Of a DNA stretch of 64,000 nt, positions 22,906 through 35,760 are shown in pieces. The DNA is from Felis catus (taxonomy: Eukaryota). Positions within the stretch are counted from its first letter, which is position 1, and each line of letters opens with the position of its first letter. Position numbers and translations under genes: made by a program. The DNA lies in contig NC_058368.1 in assembly GCF_018350175.1 (NCBI RefSeq), forward strand, positions 91,824,001 through 91,888,000. The letters are read 5' to 3'. Below the pieces are notes generated by a model that had not been told where the DNA came from, did not search any database, and saw nothing but the letters and a program-made list of their open reading frames with translations.

Positions 22906-25009
22906 CTAGAAAGAAAAGACACAGTCATAGGATGGCAGCCTACCTTTGTTTGCCAGTAGAATAAGACGAGCCTCCAGGAGCCTGCCTGACCTTGCATTTG
23001 AACCCCAACCTCCCTGACACTTCTGGGCTCCCAGCCTATACAGTGGGATCTAATATCCATCTCTGGGTCTCCTCCTCCGTTCAGCTTTGTGGCAAGGCCA
23101 GCTGCTCCAGCCCACAGGGAGCCCACCCAGTTTACAGGGGACTCCGTGCTCTATATAAATATGCAGGATACTTGATTTCAGAATACACCCTGCATCAGAG
23201 AAATGGGCGTCATTCCCCCTTGTGTGTGAACTCGCTGGGAAGCCAGCTGGTGCTCCCTCCTTGCTGCCGAGGAGAAACAGGGCACACAGAGAGAGGCGAC
23301 CCGCCCATGGCCGAACGCCCCCGTCAGACGTGGGGCTCCTGTCAGCTTAATTATAGAAAATGTGCCTCAGCGCAGCAGCCCACATCTGGACATCATCACA
23401 CAACTTGGAGTGAATGCCATCGGTCCTTTCAAGCAGATCGAGATAGCGCTGATTTATATTCCAGCAATACCGTCAGAGAATAATTTGGCCATAGAAAACA
23501 TCTTGACCTGACCACAACTGAATTTTGTCTGATAGCACATGGACTGCTTAACGTTCAGACCAAAAACCATTCAGAGAGGGGTCTGAGATGCCTACCGTAC
23601 GATACTCAGTTTCGACAAACACTTATCAGGTGCCCACCCCAAAACAAGTCACTGAGGCTGTGGAGGAGGCCAGGACCCCCCACTCCCTGGGGGAAGGAGG
23701 GACTCAGAAGAGCCTTTGTGGATGGAATGACATCTGCTCCGCATCTACATGGTTAGACATGACATTGACAAGCACCAAAGGCAAGCAGGAGGGAATGGCT
23801 TCCCAGGAGGTTGAGCAAGCTCCATGTGGCTGTGTCATGGGTCCAGAGCTGGGCACTGTGGACCCATCTAGCAGCTTCTAGATGAAGCTGGAGTGGGTTG
23901 GGGATCTGACAGAGAGACACGGGAGCTTGTTCTAGGACAGTGACAGGTGTTTGAAGACGGACGGAGGAAAGTGCTCTCTCAGGGGCAGGGTGGGAAATGG
24001 TCTGGAGGATGGCGGGGGTGGGGGTGGCTGTGCCGAAGAGACTGTAAAGGAAAGTGCAGGAAGAAGACAGGGGCACATTGGGATCAGCTCAGGAGATGGC
24101 AGGAGGGGTAGAAGAGATTTGAGAAAGTGGACCCCAGCAGCCAGGTGGGGCTGAATTAACAGGGGCTCAGAGTAAAGGTGACTAACAGCCTGGAGGACAG
24201 AGGTCGCAATGCCCCACTGTGGGACGTGGGAGGAACCCCAGCCGCAGGCAGGGACAGCAAGCAGAGTCTGCAGACGGCAGAGCTCCTGGGCCACCTGTTG
24301 GGCCCGGCTGAGGCTGGAAAAAGAGGAATCAGCCCCAGCCCTGCTGCACGGACCCACAGGCTGGTAGGGGAGACAGAGCTTTAACAGATGGGATACCCGC
24401 TCTCACGGAGGGTCGGACCAAGCAGGGAGGCCTCATGGCAGCAGATAGTGTCTGTCACCAAGAGGATCCTATCACGGGCTGTAGGTAGTGACCCAGCTAG
24501 TGAGAGCATGAGTGGCGTTTGAACCCCGTGCATGTGCCTCCAAAGCCCTCACTGCCCTGACTGTCCTTCCTGCCTCACTCGACCCCTCCAGAGAGGACCC
24601 AGGCTCTACCCTGGACGACCCCCAGTGTGGCAGGGAGACAGGAAGGGAAGAAACAGATCCCAGAGGAGCCTGGCTTGTCGGGGCCCCCATGTGGGGTCAG
24701 GGAGGGCTTCTTTGTGGGGGAGGGGGGGTGTGAAAGGTGATGACCCAGCCAGGCTTGTCCGGGAGTGGCTTTCCAAGGGGGAGAATGGGAGACACAGGAG
24801 GCTTCGGGCAGGGGGAGGGAAGCTCCTGGTCACATCCCGCACGTGTGAGAGTGGCAGGGAGGAGGCGGAGGGGGCCAGTTGGGAATGAAGCCAGGGATCG
24901 GAGAGCCTGGGGCTTTCACAAAGGCCTCGGTGGCCCCAGGGTGCCCCCACCCTGCACATCAAAGCGCAGCCTCACTCTCCCACACTGTCTGCCCGGACAG
25001 GGTCTCCCA

Positions 25010-25215
25010 CGAGCAGCTGGATTACAGTTATTTATCTAATGTTCTTGGACAGCATCCCAAGAAAACAATTTTGCTTATTTAAAAAAGAAAATAACACAAA
25101 ACAACATTGGCAAAGCCCACCCCCAAAGAGGAATTGTAAAGAGATTGTTATGATCCCCTGTGGTTTATGGCTTCATTGATTTATCTGTTTGTGCGGCTGT
25201 TTATTGGCCTGACTG
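25010..25215. promoter_or_regulatory. Putative enhancer (motif-dense AT-rich island)
   Basis: CAGCTG, GGATTA, two TTATCT, TGTGGTT, TTTATGG, TGATTTAT and TGTTTAT within about 200 bp of non-repeat sequence. Confidence 0.3.
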
Positions 25216-25557
25216 GATGGTCCCCGCTGTTCAGTTTGCCCGGACTGTCTTTACGAGGGTTGTGGAAGTAAGCGGCCCCCGGCCTGGGCTTCCAGACCTG
25301 CAGTCAGCACGAGGGTATGGGAATACTGGGCTGGGCATGCAGGAGCCTGGGTCCTAGGCAGCTCTGTGAGCTTAACTTGGAATCGTAGCAGTCGATGCCT
25401 TATGCCAACAGGTGAGGGGGCTCATCAGCAGTCATAGGGCATAGCATGCTTTTCATAGACCCGGGTGCCCAAGGCCCACCCCAAACCCCATGTCTCAGTC
25501 TCTGGGGGTGGGGACAGGAAAAGCCGTTCAGGTGATTCTGCTAATTAAAGGTACAGC

Positions 25558-25780
25558 TGGGGTGCCTGGGTGGCTCAGTTGGGTAAGCATCCGACTTCAG
25601 CTCAGGTCATGATCTCACAGGTGTCGTGAGTTCAAGCCCCGCATTGGGCTCTTTGCTGATGGCTCAGAGCCTGCTTCTGATCCTCTCTCTCCCTGTCTCT
25701 CTGCTCCTACCCCACTCTGGCTCTCTCTCTCTTTCTCTTTCAGAAATAAGTAAACATTAAATTAAAAAAAAATTTTTTTT
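25558..25780 (+). mobile_element. CanSINE
   Basis: TSD-like TAATTAAAGGTA. Confidence 0.95.
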
Positions 25781-27309
25781 AATTAAAGGTATCACTGTTG
25801 GATCAGATGATTCTCAAGGGCCTTCCTCCTGCCACCACCCCTCATTCTAGAACCCTAATCTGGTGTTTTGGCATTAGACATGGGCAGGGCAGGACCAAGG
25901 AGACAGAGCCTGTGAGGAATGGGCATGAGCCCCAGCACTACCAGATGACCAGGCCCCTACATTTCAGGGGCAAAGTTTTACCTCCTCCACCCATTGTGGG
26001 CCCACCCCATCCTTAGCTCACTGTCCCGGGGACCTGCAGCCACCATCCCACAAACCAAAAGACTCATATCTTGAAAATTAGGAAAGCAGATGTCAGGGTG
26101 TTTGAAGGAAAAACAGAGGCCTGTCTCAAGGGGTGGGGGCTGGCAGGCTTGCATTTGGAACACACTCCTCAGACTCAGAAAGGGTGTGTGTAGATGGGAG
26201 GGATGGGAGCTGGGATGCGGCCCAGAAGGCAGGCCCAGGGATGGCAGAAATGTGCAGAAGAACACACACTGGGCTTTTAGAAGCCTGTTTGGCACAAGCA
26301 GAAGAAAGAAGAGCCAGACATGTGGCTGGGGACTCCAGACATAGGATTAGCAGGCAGAGGATTAGTAGGGACAGAAGGTGGGGAACGGAAGATGTCTTGG
26401 GGTCAGTGTCACCAGCTCTGATGCTGATGGACAGCATCGCAGAGGGATGTGGACTAAATGGGGTGGGGGGAGCTTGGAGGATTCTCTGTCCCAAAGCAGG
26501 TGCGAAAGAAAGCGTTTGATGAACCCCACTGCCTGAACTGAGTCTTTAGATCCCCACGTGCCGTGCCCAGAGGGTGGAAAGAACTTGCTAATGTGACCGG
26601 AGAAATATGGCTGTGTCTTTCAGGAAGAGCAGAGGATAGGATACACCATCAGAACTATCCCCATTTTCAGAAGGATGGATTCTAGAAACTCCAGGCAGGT
26701 GAGCCAGACAGAGAAGTGGGGCCAACTGTCGAGAGCAGATGAGGATGCAGAGGTCCCATGAGCTCTGTGACCAGCGAACAGTGAGCATCAGGGGCCCCCC
26801 AGGAATAAGCCATCCATGAAGCAGGGCTCCTGTGTGACTGCGGGACAGCCTTGTTTAATCCCAGTGCATCTGGACTCCAGATAGGTGGACAGAATGTCCA
26901 GGTTTTTCGTCTGAGAAGGAGCCATTTGGACTAGAGTCGGGCTGGGAGTGTAGCTGATTGGTTAATAGTCACAGCAGTGAACAATGACTCAGAACAATGG
27001 CCCAAAGTAGGACTCAGTAAACACTGAATGAATGAATGAATGAATGAGCCACTGTCAGCCAGCCAGGAGGTAGCTTCCTTCTTTTGGACTGTGGCTTCTA
27101 TACTGATGCCTACCCTATTGGGGTACCCTGTTGATTGTTTTTAACAACTTGACGCCATAAAATGCGTCCAGGGATCACCTTACAGAGGGTGATAGTAACT
27201 GTATCAGAGGACGGAATTAAAATTTTAACAAAACCGTGATAAACTGTAACGACAGATGGTGGACTGATGCTTAGTCCCCCCAAAAGCCATCTGCACCTTT
27301 AAAGGACGT

Positions 27310-27720
27310 GTCTTGTAGCCTGTCACAAGAAACCTAACTCAAACTGGCTTAAGCCAGAAAAGAAAGAAAGGGTAGAACATTGATTTGGCTTCGGCAGGCT
27401 GGATCCCGGAGCTCATCCGGTGATGTCAGGAGTGCTTGGGTCTGCTCTCCTCCTTGCTGGCTCCAGCTTCCGGAAGTGAGGCGTTCCAGGCTCTCGCTTC
27501 ACTCTTTTCTTGTAGCTCGCCCAAAGAGAGCCTCTCCGTCTTACCGCTCCCAGCAAAAGTCTCATGACTGAGCCTCCGTGGTGGCATATCCATCTCTGTG
27601 CCAATCACTACGGTCAGGAAAACAGGGTCAGTGGGGCCTGATGGACCAGGCCAAAGTCACATGCTGGAAGCCAGGGCCGGTGAGAGGGGTCCAGACCCAG
27701 CAAATCCACTGAAATGAGAG
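27310..27720. mobile_element. Old MLT1 (J/K-like) LTR fragment
   Basis: AGAAACCTAACTCAAACTGGCTTAAGC...GGCTTCGGCAGGCTGGATCCCGGAGCTC. Confidence 0.65.
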
Positions 27721-28995
27721 TGGGGAGGGCTGGGTCTCCCAAGCGACATTGAGGTGCTGATGGCGACAGAAGGGAGACTGGCTTCTGGGCAGGCCCCAGA
27801 GACCCCCGTCCCATGCAAGGTTAGTGGTGGCTTAGCCTGGGTTCTGGGTCAGCCCCGGAGGTGAGCCCCGTATGTCCCACTCAGAAGCATAGTGGGCCCG
27901 AGGTTCAGCAGCACCTGCCCTCCGCCCCACGGGGTTACCTCCAGGCTGGACCCCATCATGGAGGCTCCTATCCTTCCTCTTCCCGGCCCTCAAGCGGCCC
28001 TCGGGGGTGCGGGGGGGGGGTGATCCATGGCAAAGCTGGGATTCAAACCCTTATCCATCTGGCTCCAAATTCAGGCCCCCTCCATTGCCTTGGACTCTGG
28101 GTAGAAGTGTGACTGGTGTCTCAACCTAACAGCCCCCAGGCATGTCTCTGAAAACTTGTCCCGAGCCAGCTGGCTCTTAGTTGGAGAAGGGGGCATCTCA
28201 AGTGCTTTCCACCTCCATGTCCCTGAAACACCTACATTAGGTCACCTAGAGGAAGCTGGACCCAGAGGTTCACTTGCTAATGGCCCCACATCCCTAGGGG
28301 AGGAAGAGGGAAGCCTTTGCGTACAAACCCAAACTCTTTTTATCTCCCACTCTGTATTTCCTAGGCACTGCCTGTGGTTCCCTATGTTGTTTCAGCTTGT
28401 GGTTTGCAGAGACAGTTCCAGAGTGAGGTGGTGGGAGGACCCCTGGAGGGAAGGCAGGAGTCGGAATAGGAGCCTGCGTGGCACTGAGGGACCTCACTTT
28501 TCTCATCCATAGAAGGGGGCAATAGAGCTAGTGCATAGGGGTGAATGCACACAGGTGAAAACACCAGTCTTTGAGGTGGCTGTGGTTCCCCAAGGGGACA
28601 AGGGTCCAGCTCGGAGTAGATGACCCCAGGAGCAGAGTGGGGAGCAATCAGACTTGGAGAGGCAGGGGGAAGTTGGGGGTGCTCAAAGTAGAGGGTCCAG
28701 TGGTGGCTGCAGGAAGAAATGTGTTCTGCACACAGGTGTTTGAGGCAGACAAGGATGAAGGACCAAGTCATTTGGGTCGAGGCGCAGAAGCGGGGAGAAG
28801 GGCTGTGGAGGAGGGAAATGGGGTCCGTGGAGAGGTGGCAAGGAGATGTGGGATGAAGGAGAATCTAAGAGCATCCGTTTACACATTCCTCAGGCCATGC
28901 CACATTTCTGCTAGGGCAGTGTCTCAGAATGAGGGCACAAGAGCACTCATTCAATATCAAAGGACAGGAACTCCACATAAAAAAGCCTTTCTTCA

Positions 28996-29159
28996 GGGGC
29001 ACTGGGGTGGCTCAGTCAGTTGAGCGTCTGACTCTTGGTTTCTGCTCAGGTCATGATCTTACGGTTCATGAGATCAAATCCCACGTTGGGCTCTGTACTG
29101 ACAGTGAGGAGCCTGCTTGGGATTGTCTCTCCCTTTCTGTCTGCCCCTCTCCGACTCAT

Positions 29160-29191
<32 letters not shown>

Positions 29192-29396
29192 AAAATAAAC
29201 TTTTTTTAAAAAGCCTTTTGGGGGGCCTGGTGGCTCAGTCGGTTGAGCGTCCAGCTTCAGCTCAGGTCACGATCTCATGGCTTGTGGGTTTGAACCCCGA
29301 GTCAGGCTCTGTGCTGACAGCTCAGAGACTGGAGCCTGCTTCAGATTCTGTGTCTCCCTCTGTCTCTCTCTGCCCCTCCCCGCTTGTGTGCGCACG

Positions 29397-29440
<44 letters not shown>

Positions 29441-29479
29441 GTCTCAAAAATAAATGAAAACATTAAAAAAAAAAAAAAA
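28996..29479 (+). mobile_element. Two tandem CanSINEs (28996-29205, 29220-29479)
   Basis: Two heads; AAAAGCCT target motif repeated three times. Confidence 0.93.
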
Positions 29480-30249
29480 GCCTGTCTTCAAATCTCTTAC
29501 AATCCTTCCAGCTGGTCCAAGAGATCAGTCTCAGTTTGGTCTTACTGTATCATTGACACCTCTTTAATATGTGTTCATCTCCCTTTTTGCAAACGGTACA
29601 GACCTCAGGCTCAGTGCTTTCCAGCAAAGGGTTTTGGCTGGAACTCTGCTGTATTATGTAGCTTTCATTGTGTATTATTTTAACAATAACCATCTCACAG
29701 CACGGGAGACTGGTTTTCCTTTTGTGGTAGCAATTAGCAATGGAAGTTTCATTTCCGAACATATTTATTTCAATAAGAAAAAGCAGTTTAAAGCAGGGGG
29801 GAGCTTACAGAAATGGTGCAGATGGGACTGGAATAATTAAAGATCCTGAAACAGACACTCCCAGCGCTTTGGGCAGGCTTTGCTCAGATACAACAGAGAT
29901 GGGACCAAAGTGTGTCCTTGAGAGGTTCAGTCCAGTGCTGTTTGCTGACTCTGACGCTGAGTGTCAAAAATTCTTTTCATCATTCTTCACTATCCCGTTG
30001 ATCTAAGAAAGACCACAGAACTTGTTGTTCAAGCCCCCAAGTGCGGAATGTTTTCCCTTGCATCGCGTTTGCTCTGTTGGCCAATTTCCAGTCCCAGGAC
30101 ATAGAGCATCTATAGTTCTTTGGGCTTACTGGTTTCCCCAAAGGATGTCATTGCAGAAACATAGCAGTGTGTGGTGACGCCTGCACTGAGTATGACAAGG
30201 ACACTGCTTCCTGAACACCTCCATGGGCTGGGTATTAACATGTGAGTTT

Positions 30250-30463
30250 CTTTCTTTTTTTTTTTTTTAATGTTTATTTATTTTTGAGAGACAGAGAGCA
30301 AACAGGGAAGGGGCAGAGAGAGGGGGAGACACAGAATCCGAAGCAGGCTCCAGGGTCTGAGCTGTCAGCACAGAGCCTGATGTGGGGCTTGAACCCACAA
30401 ACTGTGAGATCATGACCTGAGCTGAAGTGGGACGCTTAAATGACTGAGCCACCCAGACGCCCC
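30250..30463 (-). mobile_element. CanSINE
   Basis: TSD TGTGAGTTTCT. Confidence 0.95.
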
Positions 30464-30555
30464 AACTTGTGAGTTTCTAATATGCTTTTCATTCAGTCGC
30501 CCCTGTGGCCCAACCAGGTGGGTGTTATAATGCCCACTTTTAAGGTGGCTAAACT

Positions 30556-30772
30556 GGGGCGCCTGGGTGGCTCAGTCGGTTGAGCGTCCGACTTCAGCTC
30601 AGGTCACGATCTCGCGGTCCGTGGGTTCGAGCCCCGCGTCGGGCTCTGGGCTGATGGCTCAGAGCCTGGAGCCTGCTTCCGATTCTGTGTCTCCCTCTCT
30701 CTCTGCCCCTCCCCCGTTCATGCTCTGTCTCTCTCTGTCCCAAAAATAAATAAACGTTAAAAAAAAATAAAT
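30556..30772 (+). mobile_element. Young SINEC_Fc-type element inserted in a MIR
   Basis: CpGs intact; perfect TSD TTAAGGTGGCTAAACTG; MIR core AAACTGAGGCTCAGAGAGG continues after it. Confidence 0.97.
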
Positions 30773-31556
30773 TTAAGGTGGCTAAACTGAGGCTCAGAGA
30801 GGTGTTTGCCTAGAGTCACCTATCTGGGACCAGGCAGGGAACTTGGACCCAAATCTGCATGCCGCCTGCTGTCATGCTCTTTGCCAGGCATTAGGTGCCC
30901 TCCGTCCAAGCAGAAGATTAGCTCCTATGTAGCTCTCACGTGAGACCCAACCAAGGCTCCCTGGGAGTGTGTCGTTCACAAGGCCAAGAGAACCCGGGTG
31001 TGTGCGTCACGCCTTAATAGCTGCCGCCACTTTAAATTGACCTGTCCCCACTGGGGAAAGATTGTACAGTGTGATAAAGAAATTTATGTTTCCTTGAAAA
31101 TAATCTAGCAGTTTCTATTCTTATTCCACTTTCCATAAATTTACAGTCATTACATTTTCCCATCCAGAAATTCCTATGCTGGGACTCACAAAGAATTTGG
31201 GGCCATTTCTGGGGCAGGAGGGACTATCTCTGGAAGGTGTGGTTTGCGTGTCGGACGACTACATTGGGTAGTTTATGGGAACCCCAGAAGGGAGCTGGAG
31301 CTGTTGCCAAAGCCCTGTGACTTTAGGGGTGTGGGGGTGCTCTGTGTCTCCCACGAGGTTCTGGCCTCAGGAAAAGCATTACTGCTTCCATAACCTCACC
31401 CTCAACCCCACCCCTGCTCCCTGACACCTCTCTTCACAGCCCCCGCCCTCTTCCATCTAGCTCCCCTGCTCTCTTCTCTCTTCACGCCTTGAGGAAGAAG
31501 TTTGGTTTCCAGGAACCCTCACAGCCCTGCCCTGTCTTCTGTTCAGAAGTCAGCTG

Positions 31557-31993
31557 GGGGGCACTTGGAGGGCTCAGCTGGTTAAGCATCTGACTCTTGG
31601 TTTCTGCTCAGGTCACGATTCCACGGTTCGTGAGAGTGAGCCCGGTGTCGGGCTCTGCGCTGACAGTGTGGAGCCTGCTTGGGATTCTCTCTCCCTCTCT
31701 CTCTCTCTGCCCCTCCCCTGCTCATGCTTGCACTCGCTCTCTCTCTCTCGCTCTCTCTGAAAGTAAATAAATAAACTTAAAAAAAAAAGAGGCGCCTGGG
31801 TGGCTCAGTCAGTTGAGCATCTGACTTCAGCTCAGCTCGTGACCTTGTGGTTCGTGGGTTCAAGCCCCGCATCAGGCTCGCTGCTGTCAGCACGGAGCCT
31901 GCTTTGGATCCTCTGTCGCCCTCTCTCTCTGCTCCTTCCCTGCTTGCACTCTCTCAAAAATAAATAACCATTAAAAAAAAAAAAAAGAAAGAA
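31557..31993 (+). mobile_element. Two tandem CanSINEs
   Basis: Heads at ~31557 and ~31790. Confidence 0.93.
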
Positions 31994-32361
31994 ACAGACA
32001 TCTTAAAAATATATCATGTATATAAGTATTTTATGTGTTTGTGGGTTTTTAAAACATATGTTAAGTTTGACATGGGTATATATCATGTTGAGAGATACAC
32101 ACGTATTCACATATTTTAAATCTGACGTGACATTGGGCAAAATAAAAACTGAGAATTTCAGCTGACGGGTAAATTCTTTTATACTTGGAGCAAACATTTT
32201 GAAATCAGGGGCATATTCATCATTAGCATAGCTGTAGCCTAGAGTCGAGGCCTGGCATCTGAAGACTGCCTACCCTGTGGTATCTTGAGACTAAATATGT
32301 TTTCTTTTAAAGAACTTACTAAAGAGTTTCCCGAGTGGATGGTTAAAACCTCAAAGGCATA

Positions 32362-32572
32362 GGGGCGCCTGGGTGGTTCAGTCTGTTAAGCATCTGACTT
32401 TGGCGCAGGTCATGATCTCGCAGCTCGTGGGTTCGAGCCCTGTGTCGGGTTCTGTGCTGACAACTCAGAGGCTGGAGCCTGCTTCGGATTCTGTGTCTCC
32501 CTCTCTCTCTGCCCCTCCCCGCTTGTGCTCTGTCTCTCAAAAATGAATAAACATTAACAAAAGAAGAGAAAA
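32362..32572 (+). mobile_element. CanSINE
   Basis: TSD-like CTCAAAGGCA. Confidence 0.95.
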
Positions 32573-33132
32573 GCTCAAAGGCAAAGAATTCCTCAGTGTG
32601 TTGCTCGAAGCAAGACCCCTTGTCTCTCTCTGGCCTGACCCTGCCTAACCTCATTTTGCTGTAAATGCTCTCAGGGATACAGCTGCCCTCAGCCCAGTCC
32701 TAGCTCCTGGGGGCTCGGCCTGCTTCCCTGCTCCAAGCTCAGAGGTGGTTGGTCTTTCATAAGAGCACAGAAGAGGCATTCTCATGTGAGCCAGGCTGGC
32801 CCGGGAAGCCTAGGAGAAGGAAAGGTCACATCTGGGAGGATGCATCACCCCAGACTTGAGGGAGCAGAGCTCTGGGCAGGTGGCCTCAAGGTCACTTCCT
32901 GCGGGGCAGCCCAGGGTCACCAGGGAGGGAACTCATTGCTTAATGCAATGAGGGACTGAAAGAGCAGAGGGGGACAGGGGAACAGTCAGCCTCCTGTAAA
33001 GGGCTTCTTTCATTGGTCTGTTCTGCAGAATTCAGATAATACTTTAATTTGATTCAAAGCCCTTTGTTGAAAAATCCAACCTCACTTCTGCTGTTGACAC
33101 TTACTAGTGTCAGGCTCTGTGTTAGACCTTTC

Positions 33133-33285
33133 CTTTCTTTTTTTTTCTTTTCTTTTTTTTTTTTAAGTTGGCTTCACCCTCAGTGCAGAGCCTAATGTGG
33201 GGCTTGAACTCATGACCCTGATATCAAGACCTGAGCTGAGATCAAACATCTGGTGCTTAACTGACTAAGCCACCCAGGCGTCTCT
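33133..33285 (-). mobile_element. Short CanSINE variant
   Basis: No (GA)n; TTTTAAGTTGGCTTCACCCTCAGTGCAGAGCC...GCCACCCAGGCG. Confidence 0.88.
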
Positions 33286-33483
33286 TGACCTTTTGATACA
33301 TAGTATCTCAGATTGTCTGGAGAAGGGTTTGGAAACAGGCTCAGAGAACCTAATTGGACAAATCACTGGGGCCTTAGCCAGGACCAGAACCCGAGGCCGG
33401 GAGCCCACGCTATTTCTCCTCCTCCATAGATGATCTGCATGCCAGGCCTTGTGTTGGAGACTGGGATCAAAAGATGGAGGAGT

Positions 33484-33712
33484 GGGGCGCCTGGGTGGCT
33501 CAGGCGGTAAAGCGTCCCACTTCAGCTCGGGTCATGGTCTCACAGTATGTGAGTTCGAGCCCCACATCTGGCTCTGTGCTGACAACTCAGAGCTCTCAGA
33601 GCTGGGAGCCTGCTTCGGATTCTGTGTCTCCCTCTCTCTCTGCCCCTTCCCCACTCACTCTTTCTCTCTCTCTCTCTCAAGAATAAATAAAACATTAAAA
33701 AAATTTTTTTAA
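33484..33712 (+). mobile_element. CanSINE with internal 9-bp duplication
   Basis: CTCAGAGCT x2; TSD AAAGATG(G/A)AGGAG. Confidence 0.95.
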
Positions 33713-34317
33713 AGATGAAGGAGAAAAACTTGTGGTCTGTTACAATCTCCTGGAGCAGGGGCCATGGGAGTGGGGTGGGGAGACACAATCTCTTTCAAAA
33801 AAAAAAAAAATTAAAGACAGAGAAATTGATTTTGTCTGACTTTGCACTTACATAGTCCGCTGTCAGTATGCTATGCATTTGAGATGCTAAATAGATTTTG
33901 GTTACCAATTAAAACTTATTGTGAATTTTTATTTCAGTATCTCAGACAATACCTTCAGGCAACACACCATAGGGCAGAGAGCTATGAGCTGGAAGAAGCA
34001 GCCATGAGTCAGGTGCCCAGCTCCACTGCTGGTGTGTGGTACAAGCTCAGCCATGTATTCCTTTGCCTAGGGTTCAGATTCCTCAACTAGAAAACGAAGG
34101 GGGCAAACAGTCCTAGTGTTCCATGAGATAGAATATGAGATTCCTTGTCAGGTGGTGAGTTCCCCAGCGTGAGAAATAAGCAAAAATGGGCTGAAAGGCC
34201 ATTATGGGAAAGGCTGATTTGAACCCCCTTAAACTGGCTTCATGAGTGGGACAAGGCGTGAATCACCATTGTTATCTCTGAAATAGGGCCCACTGCTTGA
34301 TAACAAGGGAGATGATA

Positions 34318-34583
34318 AATAGATGATGGATGGATGGATGGATGGATGGATGGATGGATGGATGATGGGTGGAAGGATGGATGGATGGATGGGTGGATGA
34401 TGGGTGGATAGCTGGGTGGATGGGTGGGTAGATGGAAGGAAGGAAGGAAGGAAGGAAGGAAGGAAGGAAGGAAGGAAAGATGGGTGGGTGGATGGATGGA
34501 TGGATGGATGGATAGATGGATGAATGGATCGGTGGGTAGATCGATGGGTGGATTGATGGGTGGATGGATGGATGGGTAGATGG
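34318..34583. repeat. Compound (GGAT)n/(GGAA)n microsatellite
   Basis: Directly visible tetranucleotide arrays. Confidence 0.97.
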
Positions 34584-35167
34584 ACACATTTCATGCTTGG
34601 TGGGAAATTGAGCTCTGTGGCCAAGAAAGCCCCCCACCCCGATCCCTGATGGCCTTGCCACTCTCCCTGAAGTCCTACCTTACACAGCTTCTCCCCAGTA
34701 CCTCACCCGTGAAGTGAAACTTTGATTAGAAACATTGGGCTCTGTCTGGATGTTCACAAGGCCCCTTGTGAGATCTTGGAAGTAAACTTCCAAAAGATTA
34801 AACAAGGCAACGGATGCCAGTGTCAGGCATGTCATAAGTGCCAGGAAGCTTTAGCTGTCTCTGCTCCTTACAGAAGGTGGAAGGACAGGAGATGAAGGTG
34901 ATGTTGGGGAGGGGAGAAAGAAGAGGGAAAATGACACTGGGCCATATAAGTTCTGATGGGAGGCAGTTTGTCTGTTTCTAATCCTACCAAGCTCCAGAGG
35001 CGCCCTCCATGCTGGGGCCTCACTTGTAGCAGGGCGGGTGCCTGTCACTAGACTGCTCTGTTGTGTGGTTCATTTCTGCAGATGGCCACCTTCTCCTTCC
35101 ATATCCCAGAATGACTCAGATCTTATATTTACATGCCCATACCATACACACAAACAGATGCCACTCT

Positions 35168-35380
35168 TTTATTTTTTTTTAAGTTTATTTATTTTGAGAG
35201 AGAGAGCATGACCAGGGGAGGGGTAGAGAGAGAGGGAGACACAGAACCCAAAGCAGGCTGTAGGCTCTGAGCCGTCAGCACAGAGCCCGATGCAGGGCTT
35301 GATCTCACAAAACTGTGAGATCATGACCTGAGCTGAGATCAAGAGTCAGACACTCAACAGACTAAGCCACCCAGGTGCCC
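35168..35380 (-). mobile_element. CanSINE
   Basis: TSD CAGATGCC..CTCTTTT. Confidence 0.95.
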
Positions 35381-35454
35381 GCAGATGCCCCCTCTTTTAG
35401 TCAGGCTATAGTAAGCTTTACACACTGTTCTACACCTGGCCTTTTTTTTTTTTT

Positions 35455-35760
35455 AATAAAGCTATACTAAGATATGATTCATATACCATACCCTCCACCC
35501 ACTTGAAGTATACAAGTCCAAGGCTTTTAGTATATTCACAGAGTTGGGCGGCCATCCCCAGAACCAATTTTAGGACATGTTTATCAGACCTCAAAAGAAG
35601 TCCCCTACCTACTAATCTACCCTGCCTCTGTAGACCCGCCTATCCTAAACACTTCGTATACATGGAAATCACACAATATGTGATCTTTTGTGCCTGCTTC
35701 TCTCATTTAATATAATGTTTTCCAAGCTCGTCCGTGTCGTAACATGCTTGGCACTTTGCC
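35455..35760 (-). mobile_element. L1M 3' fragment
   Basis: AGATATGATTCATATACCATA...TTTTAGTATATTCACAGAGTTG...ATGGAAATCACACAATATGTG. Confidence 0.8.

Noticed and set aside
30556..30640. tRNA-like A and B boxes (TGGCTCAGTCGG, GTTCGAGCC)
   Set aside because: These are the tRNA-derived heads of SINEs, not tRNA genes
34229..34661. HPSIHPSI / PSFLPSFL repeat ORFs
   Set aside because: Translation of the (GGAT)n/(GGAA)n microsatellite
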